NCBI RefSeq assembly: GCF_006345805.1
Contig: NC_042997.1
Coordinates: 87,172,001 to 87,236,000, forward strand
Length of the DNA: 64,000 nt
Direction of reading: 5' to 3'
Source: Octopus sinensis
Lineage: Eukaryota
Made by a program: the position numbers and the translations under genes. The notes beneath the pieces are model-generated. The model was not told where the DNA came from. It did not search any database and worked only from the letters and a program-made list of their open reading frames with translations. Shown piece by piece: positions 54,301 to 64,000 of this stretch; the first letter of the stretch is position 1, and every line of letters begins with the position of its first letter.

Positions 54301-55639
54301 CTAGAATTCAATAAAGAAAAATTTCATGACCAAAAGTAATCTAAGAAATGCATAAAAGTTACACATTGCTGTTACAAAAATATCATCATTAAAAAATTAG
54401 TTATTCCCACTCAACAACATAAAAAAACTTACATTCTTGTGGGTGACCAATCTGCAGCTCATGTGGAGATAGCTTCAATAGATAGATCAACCCCTAACAT
54501 GTAACCAATAAATTGCATTAAGCGAAAGTTCATATAAGACAACTATGTGCTTGTGACATTTATATCATACTTTACACAGATCCAAATTTATTAAAACTAT
54601 TACCAATAACACCTGGATGATACTTCTCTATTGCCCTATCTTCATAAAGGAAAAAAAGAAAAAAAAACAACTTTTACTTTAACTGCAGTTAAATAAGCTA
54701 GTTTGCAAGAGTTAAAAAAGATGCTAAAAAAGATGCTAAGGAAGCAGAACAAGAAGTTCAAAATCCTAGTCATTGAAGATGATCAGGCTAATAATAATTC
54801 TAACTTAAGACATAAGGTTAGCAATTTTGGTGGGAGAAAAGTTTACTTGTTGCCATCAACCCAGGTACATCACTAGTACTTTTTTTCAACTCTAAAGATA
54901 TGAAAGGCAAAATTAACCTTGGTGGGATTTGAATTCAGGACATAAAGAGCCAGCAGAAATACTAACAATTCTGCTAGCTTACCACCTCTATATTTTACAA
55001 TTTCAAGAAAAGGCCCAAAATTTTAGGTCGAGGTTAGGTGATTATAAACACTCCAGTATTTGACTGGTACTTAAGAGATAAAAAAAGTCAACCTCAGCAG
55101 AATTTGAACTCAGAACGTAAAGACAAAAAAAATGCTACTAAGCATCTTGCCCAACAGGCTAACGATTCTGCCAGCTCACCACCATAATAATGATAATAGT
55201 TTCTAATTTAGGTACAAGGCCAAGAATTTTAGATGGTCAGGATTAGCTGACCCTAGTACATGACTGGTAATCTATTGTATCGACCACCAGAGGGATGAAG
55301 AGCAAAGTTGATCTTGCCAAGATTTGAAATCGGAATGTAAATAACTGGAAGAGGTGCTGCAAGGCATTTTTCCAGAGCACAAACTATTTTGCCAAGTTGC
55401 TATCTTACTACAACAACAATTGTTTCCAATTAAGACACAAGCCCAAATGTTTTGGGAGTGGAAAGTCAATTAGATCCATCTCAACACTTGATAGACAATG
55501 AGAGGAAGAAAGGAAATTTACTCAGGCCAGATTTGAACTTGGAAAATAAAATGATACCACCAGAAATTACTAAGTATTTTTTCTTACTCTCTACCATTTC
55601 TGACCAAAGCAAAAAACCAATTTCGTAGGAGTATAGTTG

Positions 55640-56634
55640 GTTAAACAGCTGCATTATTTTAATTCAAAGTAAGAAAGTTATAACTAAATACCACAGAGAT
55701 TTTTATAATCAGGATGGCATTGTATCTCAGTTACGTGAGGGCTTTTCTTCCAGAAAGCACAGAACATGGAGAAAAGCAAAATTAACTGAGATGGATGTCA
55801 GAAAATACTGACTTCCAAAAAGTGGAAAAAATAAATTGTAGGAAAAAAAGTTTGCAGATGGTGTTCGCTGCAAAAAAAAAAAAACTGCAAAAGGATTTCA
55901 TGTCAAGACCTCATATATGTGTTTGCCCTGCAAAGTGTGCTTTGGACAGTTTTACGATAGAAATATGGCATAATTATATTTTGTTTGTTTGATAGTAATA
56001 CCATCATATATTCCTTTCACTTTATTACAGATATGTGAAAGTGAGAAATACATTTAATTTTCAGTATGTTACACACCTGTATTCATCTTTGCTTCATCTG
56101 TTAATGAGCTTTTTTTATTAAAAGCATTCTGTTATGTAAATGTATTCATTGAATTATATAAGAGTACATAGCCAATGATATACCGACTAGTAAAAGAGCT
56201 TTGTACTTTATTTTCAATGAAAATGTTTGAATGAAATATAGAGAAAGAATAAAATCTTGTACTGATTATACCTGTATTTTAATTAATTCAAATTAATATA
56301 CCTCATCATGAAAAGTGGCAAAATTGTTGGCGGTTGATATCTGGGATAATTTTAGTAAAAATTCAAACAGGTAAGCTGCATTAAGAAATTCAATTTTAGT
56401 GTTTATCCATAATGTTATTACTGCCCATAAAAGTCAAATTTAATCAGCAAGATCAAAAATTATATAACTATAATCCACTGGTATATAAGTACCCACTGAC
56501 AAAATTTCATATCTACATGTAAAAAATTAAAGTTACAAGCAAATATTGAACTCCCCTCTTGAACCTGAATAATTCAGAATAACGTGAACAAATAAGTATT
56601 ACGTTTGATATTAATCTGAACACTAAAGGGTTAA
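55640..56634 (+). mobile_element. piggyBac transposon 3' remnant
   Basis: VCRWCSLQK...KTSYMCLPCKVCF (cysteine-rich C-terminal domain, frameshifted) and a CTAAAGGG|TTAA end. Confidence 0.5.
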
Positions 56635-57242
56635 ATTAGAGAGAAAATACCTTTATTAAAAGCCTTAGTGACTTAAGTAACAAACTGGATCTGACCAGTA
56701 ATTAAAACCCACTTTTCTGAAACTTAGCATTTACTATACAAATCATTAAGTACAAGGTCAATATACAAAGGTAAAAGAGTACAAATTAACAACTAGTACA
56801 TTAACTGAACTCATTTTATAAACTCAAGAAGAATGAAAGATAAAATCAACTTTGGTGAGATTAGAACTAGGAATGCAAAAAGGATATTGCTAAAATCCAT
56901 GTTTTGTTTAATCTAGTATTTTACTGCTTCTGGCATCAAAATTAGATTCCAATTATTATCAAGTTATTTTCTGTCAGATAACAATAGTAAAAAGAAGTAT
57001 TTTTGTTTGTCTTGCAGTAACCAGATAAATAGCTACCTCTGGTCAATTGTAATCTTTAATTCAGTATTTAACTTATTAACCATAGGCAAATTTAATCAAT
57101 GAAAAAGTGCTTAACACCAACTCCAATTAGAGTACTAAATTCTTTTTTAAACAAATTCACCTTCAAAGTCTTAATTCATAAATGAATTAAGATGCTAGTC
57201 AAATTTATTTTCCTCTATAAAAAACAACAAAAACAAACTTAC

Positions 57243-57355
57243 TCTCCAGGCCTTTTTCTTTTCTTCTTCATGTTGTTGAGCAAGTTCTTCTTCATTTGTG
57301 AACATCCGCCTTTGACCTTTATGGCTTTTTTTGCCACGTCCAGCAGTAGTACCTC
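57243..57355 (-). CDS. PDAP1: PDAP1 coding exon (GGTTAGRGKKSHKGQRRMFTNEEELAQQHEEEKKKAWR); most 5' exon found
   Basis: Matches the HKG..R.FT..EE N-terminal motif; phase-1 acceptor and GTAAGT donor; in frame with all downstream exons. Confidence 0.9.
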
Positions 57356-57419
57356 CTAAAATAGACAAATTAGAGAAATCTCTTTGCAATATATATTTAT
57401 ATATAATATGTAAAGCATT

Positions 57420-57633
57420 TTAACCCTTTAGCATTCAGATTATTCTGTCAAATGTAATGCTTATTTATTCACATTGTTTTGAATTAATCATGCTTTATCT
57501 CATAGCTTTGAGATTTTGATGATCTGATTGTATATTTCTAAAATGACATTGTGGAGTAGGTGTGACAGGCTGAATTTAAACCTAAAACCGGTAGAATATT
57601 TGAGCCTGATATGGCTAAATGCTAAAGGGTTAA
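57420..57633 (+). mobile_element. piggyBac-type MITE with intact TTAA duplications
   Basis: TTAA|CCCTTTAGCATT...AATGCTAAAGGG|TTAA. Confidence 0.85.
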
Positions 57634-59197
57634 TTATAGTGATTTCTAATTAAGCACACAGTCACAGATTCATTAAGTGAAATGATTAAGATTGTGTTGT
57701 GTTTCAACTAGCTTAAGAACTCAGCTGGTAAATACTATTTTAAATTTAACTGTGCACAAGAACTTTTTTTTTAAGCCAGTATATTTCTAATCTGAGCAGT
57801 TAGCCTCTTTCTCTTTGAAAATCAAAGAGATACTCACAGCAACAGGACAGCTGACCTCTTTGAAGGTACATACTTTCCCTCATCCTTAGTCATACTTCAC
57901 ATGTACCAAATAACCATAGCAGCACTGCTCTTTCTTACACATTACACCTAACTTCTCTTGTACTCCGTGTTCTGTCAGCTCATTTATACTCTGACATCCA
58001 TGCATTCAATGAAACACACTTGCTGTATTTCTTTCTAGCTTTCACATGTCTTTTGCTTGCAAGACCTACACCTCACTACTATACAGCATTGCAGTTTGAA
58101 CACAAGCATCATACAATCTCCCTTTCATCTTGTAGGACAAAACCATTGATATCAGCAGAGCTAAGAGCTCAAACTTTTTCCATCCAGTTCTTACTATGGT
58201 TACTACACTTTTTGGAACAAACACCTCTGCTGCTAACTATGTCGCCTTGCTAACAGAAATTATCAACTACTACTACTACAATATATATATATATATATAT
58301 ATATATCATTGTTTAACGTCTGCCTTCCATGCTGGCATGGGTTGTACAATTTGATAGGAACTGGCCAAGCAGAAGCCCACACCAGACTTCTGTGTGTTTT
58401 GATAGTTTTTACAGCTGGATGCCCTTCCTAACACCAACCACCCAAGACAAGACATAAATAATGGTCATTACATATTTCTTTGTTGTAGTAAATTTGACTT
58501 ACAACCATTTCCAGTAGTCATTATAAGTTCATTATTGATTGGTCCTCAGTAGTCCCCACCAGAGGCTTGGCTCTATGAGTAAAAAGTTTGGTTTAACAAA
58601 TAGTTTCATATTCAATTCCATTGCATATTGCCTTGGATAAGTGAAATTTTTGTAGACATAAACAGTATGGAAGCCCATTGCATACGTGTTTGTTTCCATG
58701 TGTTTCTGCACTAAAACTGCTTGGACAGCAGGTGTGTGTGTGTGTGTTTCTCTCTCTGGCACCTTGGTGGTTCAATGCAACAAAGGCATGTAATAAAGTA
58801 CCTCACTTAAAAAGAAGTAAGGGTTGTGTCAGGAAAAGTGTCCAGCTGTACAGGACTGCCTCAATAAATCTCACCTACTTTTTCAGTAGGGAAAAGTGTA
58901 TAAGAAGACAGAAATACATAAGTTTATATACATCATGTGATATATTTGAAATTTTATATACAGATGAAGAAATGTATTTGTATATGTGAGTTTATGTATA
59001 AGTGTATGGACTTTGGATTGCATCTATTTATAACATGTAACTATGTTTGTATGTCTTAGAAAGAATTTGTATTCAACCATTGTTCCTTAAAAACACCTGT
59101 TCCAATTCTCCACATGAGATTTCAGCTACAGCAAATAGAGTATAAACGACAATTAACTTCATTTAACTAAGGAATTTGATACCAACTCAACTTTGGT

Positions 59198-59417
59198 TTA
59201 ATCCTTTAGCATTCAAATTATTCTGTCAAAAGTAATGCTTATTTATTCACATTGTTTTGAAGTAATCATGCATTATCTTGTAGCTTCAAGATTTTGATGA
59301 TGTGATTGTTTATTTTTAGAATAACACTGCATGGTAGGGATGAGAGGCCTGATCTGAACAATAAAGCAGGTAGAAAACTTGGGCCTAAAATGGCAAGTTT
59401 GAATATTAAAGTGTTAA
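59198..59417 (+). mobile_element. piggyBac-type MITE, same family
   Basis: Internal match to 57420; TTAA at both ends, terminal repeats mutated. Confidence 0.75.
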
Positions 59418-61173
59418 TCTGAGCACATCATCACTCTTAATCCAAGATTTTTCCACCAACACAAAATTTCTTTTTTCACCTAAAGTAATTGACTAGCCCC
59501 AATAAAAAAATATATTCAATTTTACATTGCTACAAATGTTACTGGTCTTTAGTTCTATTGACTAGCTACATGCAACAAACTGTATCCTAACAAGAGGTAA
59601 TTACGCATAATTGATATCCACAACTACAGAACTTCAGTCTAACAAAGTCAACCATCATCAAAACTTGGAAGTCACTGCCATTTTGCTTTTGTCAAATAAT
59701 TTTATATTCTACATACATTTGGAATTTTCAGTTAATGTTTGAATGTACAATTCTGACCAAGAACCATTACGTACACACTGTGGACTCTTCTGTCATAAAT
59801 GACAAATGAATGCTCCTCAATTCCTTACTGAACAACAGCATGGATGATTTGTTTAAAATGATCAAATATCTGTGCTGTACATTAGCTCACACCCTCCATC
59901 GAATCTCTACATTGCCTGTGCAGGTGCACAGTGTGCCACATGTCATTTGTGGAAATGATCACAGAGCAAAGTGAAATGAAGGGTTTTGCTCCAAAACGCA
60001 TACACTACCCAGTCAAAGAACTGTGAGTGCAACACCCTAACCACAAGGCTATGTGCTTTCATTATAGGTGGTGAAGTGATAGAGGCAGAGTGTTTGATAG
60101 AAATTTAGCAACCACCACCAGTCAATTTTGCCTTTGATCTTTTCTGTGTTGATAAATAAATTTCCAATCCATGATGGTGGACTGTCAGAAAGCAACCTTA
60201 CAGCTTTTTGCATTTGAATTCAAATTCCACCTAGATGCTTAAAAAACACCCACAGGCCTCATGCAACAAGTGTGCAGTCCTCAAAACAAAGCCAGCAATA
60301 AACAGATGGTGCTGAGCAGATGAGTTCCTTCTGCTGGGGTGACATGCAAAAATGCATGAACCTGGACTATACACGAGTTGTCATACAGTACCCACCTAGA
60401 TAATTTATCCCGATATACTTGTGAGTGTATATACACACTATAACCAAATTTTAACACAAAGCCAGCAGTAATGAGGTTGGAGAAGTTGATTATTACACTG
60501 ATCTTATTATTTGACTGGCACTATATTTTACTGACTGTCCCACAGACACATACACATGAATGGATGAATGGCAAGGTTGACCTCAGCGGGATTCAAACTC
60601 AATACATAAAGAACAAGAAAAGAATGTCGCTCCACATTTAGTCCAATGCACTGACAGTTCTGTTGGCCCACCTAATAATAATAATTCTATCTACTACAGG
60701 CACAAGAAAACAGCATTTTGTCCAACATGTTGACAATTATGCCAGCACATCTCATAATAATGATTTCAAATTCTGGCATAGGGCCAACAATTTTAGGGGA
60801 GGAGTAAGCTAGTTACATCACCACCCAGTATTCAACTGGTACTTTTGCCAGCTTGCCACCTTTAATAATATAATGGCTTCAAATTTTGGCACAAGGACAG
60901 TATTATCAAGGAAGACAGTAAGTCAATTACATTAATCCCAGAGATCAACTGATAATTATTTTATCAACCCTAAAAGGATGGAAGGCAAAGTCAACCTCGG
61001 TGGAATTTGAACTCAACACAAGAATGAATGAATGAAAATATTGCTAAGCATTTTGCCCAGCAAGCTAACGATTTTGTCAGTTTGCCACCTTAATAACAAT
61101 GAAAAGTGCTTACTGCAATTACTGACTGACTGACACTTTAGCACTAACCAGCTGACAGCATTATCAATGATCA

Positions 61174-62905
61174 CACTGGTCAACAAAAAAAAATTTTTTG
61201 AAAAGGTGTCAAGACACCAAACATCTTTTCTTAGCTAATTTGAGGGCACTGAATCTGAAAATGACCTTACTTTTTCTTGGTTAGCTACCGTTTTTGCTGT
61301 ACAGAAATGCCATATTTGGGGGGAAAAAAGCATTTTGATTTATTTTCTATATATTTGATATTGATCGATGGCAATATTTCTCAAAGTAAAATCGTAGAAA
61401 CCTCTCAATTCATATTTAAACCAACAAATATTCGTCTCCTTATTGAGAAATACTATTTTTGCAGTAACTACCAGACCCTAAGTCTTTAAAAATAACACGA
61501 TTGAATATACCAGGACCAACAAGCATTTTCATCAAATCATTAAATAAACTAACAGCAGAGATAAAACCTTCATGTACACAAGAACTATGGTAAAAATTTT
61601 CTCTTTCATGATTGTCTGCCATGTTCAATGTTATTTAAACCCCTTTTGATACTCAAGCAGTAGTCAGCCATCATTCGTTTGTCCCACCGTCTCTGGTAGT
61701 GCTCTTCCATTGTTTTGATATCCTGATGGAATCGTTCTCCTTGCTCATCACTCACATTGCTGCAATTATCCAGAAACTTATCTAGATGGCTATGTAAAAA
61801 ATGAACCTTAATACTCATATTAGCACCTATGCCTTGTAGACTTTTCAACAGCTTTTCCTGGCCTGGCAATTGCCTAAGAAGTTTTTCACCATGTCAACAA
61901 GCGATGTCCAAGCACATAATTCCAAGTCATTCATTGAATTAAAAAATTCATCATCCTTATTGAGTTTCCTGATATCAGGACTATCAAACACTCCTGCTTT
62001 GAGTATTTTGGTGCTAAGTCCTGGAAATGATTTACATATATACTCAAAACATTTACTTTCTTTGTCAAGTGATTTTACATACTGTTTCATTAATCCCAAT
62101 TTGATATGCAAAGGAGGAAAGATGATTTTTTTTTTCTTTTGGAACTAGCGCTGCACTAATAACTTTCTTTTCAATGACCTTCAACTCTCAGGGTGACCAA
62201 TCTTTCCTTTTCCAGTGCTCCTCTTTTGCTCTACTTTCCCACTTACACAAAAAACATGGGAATTTTGTGTAGCCACTTTGTTGACCAAGCACGAAATTTA
62301 CCATTTTCAAAATCGACACAACACCCATTTATATTTGGTGTAGTCAATCTGTTCCATAACCTGTCTGATGGCATCATGTTTTTCTTTCAGTGTTGTTGAA
62401 TGACCTATAGGTATTGGTGCATACATGTTGGTATTATGGAGCAAAACACGTTTCAAACTACGTTTTGAACTATCAATGAACAATCTCTATTCATCAGAAT
62501 CGTATTTGTAGATGCCTAGTCAAAGAAGAACGCTCTCAACGTCATTACAATGAACAAGATCCATGTTCTCATTAAAGAATGGTACAAATTCGGCATCCCT
62601 ATTTCAATAGAATGCTGCTAACAGGCGTTTTTCATTGAGCATAGATGGCAAAAGTTCTGATTCTTTGCTTAGATTTAAGTCTCAAACTAAATCATTCAGC
62701 TCATTTTGGTTAAACGGCTCTGGCATGGTTTCAGGACCGTTTTTGTTGTGTCTCTCATTTACATTAGTATCAGACTCGTCACTTTCAACAAGTTTCAACA
62801 AATTTTTGTGAAAAACTGGGATTGGTAAATCATCTGAATGTGGCAATGGTTAAATAGCAGAATGAAGACTGAGATAGTCGATAGATCTGCATTTCTTTTG
62901 GTTCA
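61174..62905 (-). mobile_element. Decayed DNA transposon, Chapaev3 (CMC)-like transposase
   Basis: Motifs SAI.PLPHSDDLPIP, GQQSGYTKFPCFLCKW, PPLHIKLGLMKQYVK, KVHFLHSHLD and SDEQGERFHQDI; terminus CACTGGTCAACAAAAAAAAATTTT at 61174. Superfamily assignment is from recalled motifs. Confidence 0.7.
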
Positions 62906-63012
62906 GTCCAGCAACACTGACTGATCCCAGTACTTACTTTTTAAACGTCTGGTATGTGTTCTATCGGTCACATTTATCGAATCGCTAAGTTACGAGGACG
63001 TAAAAACTAAGA

Positions 63013-63294
63013 GGAAATCAATCGTATTTGGTCTCGGAAAACAAAATATTTGTTCGGCAAGTTCAGTATAAAATTTTATTTCTTTAATGTTTATTTTTTT
63101 GCAATCAGTTGCAAAAACACGGTCGCACACACACGCCACTGTTCGGGTCGCCTGTGCAAATGAAAGACAATGAGTGTGTGACCGTGTTTTTCACTGTTGA
63201 GCTGCAAAAATAAACATTTAAGAGATAAAAAAAAATTACACAGAATTTTCCAAACAAATACTGTGTTCTCCAAGACCAAATATGATTGATTGCC
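63013..63294. repeat. Long imperfect inverted repeat (about 120-bp arms, about 41-nt loop); possible Merlin-type MITE
   Basis: 63013-63132 is complementary to 63174-63294; ends GGAAA and GGCAA; flanks AACTAAGA and CACAAAGA (6/8). Confidence 0.8.
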
Positions 63295-63694
63295 CACAAA
63301 GATACACGTACGTGTGTGTGTGAGTGTATATATATATACACACACATTCATACAACGGGCTTCTCTCAGTTTCCGTCTACTAAATCCACTTCAAATGAAA
63401 GCGATGGTCACTATATTCAATCGAGAACTGTCTACATTTTTTAATTCACTTGAACCATGCGCCCACCAGCAAGCAGCCAAAATTTCTACAAGATGGCCTT
63501 CAGTAAAGTCATTCCTAAATACTGTGGACTTCAGTTATACAACTCCTTGTGGGAAATAATAAATGCTCCCCCACTCACTCCGATCCCAGCAAAGAATAAA
63601 AAGCAAAAACAGGACACACTGGATAATGTACTTTTCGCTACACAATGCTTGGGGGGAAAAAAAGAATGGGTACGGTAGTAATGCCAGTCATCTT

Positions 63695-63990
63695 TTACTT
63701 GTTTCATTCATTGGACTGCAGCCATGCTGGAGTACCGCCTTGAAGGGTTTGACTGAATAAATCGAGCCAAGTACTTAATTTTTAAGCCTGGTAACTATTC
63801 TATCGCGCTCTTTATGTAGAACCTCCAAGCTCCGAGTACGTAAACAAACGTGTGTTTGTGCACATATATACGTGTTTATGTACACACAGACGATGGGCTC
63901 CTTTCAGTTTCTAGGCAATAGTGGACCACGCCGTGCGATCGAACCCGGAACCACGTGGTTAGGAAGTTCCTATCATAGTCACGAGCATGC
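63695..63990 (-). mobile_element. SINE family B plus C module
   Basis: Reverse-complement match to the B/C motifs. Confidence 0.7.
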
Positions 63991-64000
63991 CTCTATTTTG

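Noticed and set aside
57874-57883. ATGAGGGAAA|GTATG as PDAP1 exon 1
   Set aside because: Phase fits, but MRER does not resemble the conserved MPKG-like start and there is no promoter context.
63136-63153. Loop sequence GGCGACCCGAACAGTGG resembling a tRNA-Lys primer-binding site
   Set aside because: Lacks the initial TGG, needs indels, and has no adjacent LTR or gag-pol sequence.

Overview
AT-rich, microsatellite-saturated animal genomic DNA. The SINE, LINE and Penelope repertoire looks coleoid cephalopod (Octopus-like); this is inferred from repeat style, not proven. Two host genes are visible, both on the minus strand. The first is the first coding exon of GMP reductase (GMPR, 21722-21808), 850 bp from a 100-N scaffold gap, with no further exons recognisable. 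The second is five coding exons of PDAP1/HASPP28 (45163-57355) that splice into one open frame; its start exon was not found. Everything else is transposon-derived or simple repeat: an L1/Tx1-like 3' end, R4/Dong-like and RTE LINE fragments, Penelope-like elements with hammerhead-ribozyme-like motifs, mariner, piggyBac, Chapaev3-like and Helitron remnants, MITE hairpins and many tRNA-derived SINEs. A 4.7-4.9 kb near-identical tandem duplication (27565-37150) may be an assembly artefact. I did not find a convincing new multi-gene system. The best leads are RNA-structure elements (a near-complete minimal hammerhead at 5702-5744, several long fold-backs), a templated insertion inside a mariner, and a double-duplication inversion inside a Helitron. 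Almost all ORFs in the supplied track are microsatellite translations.
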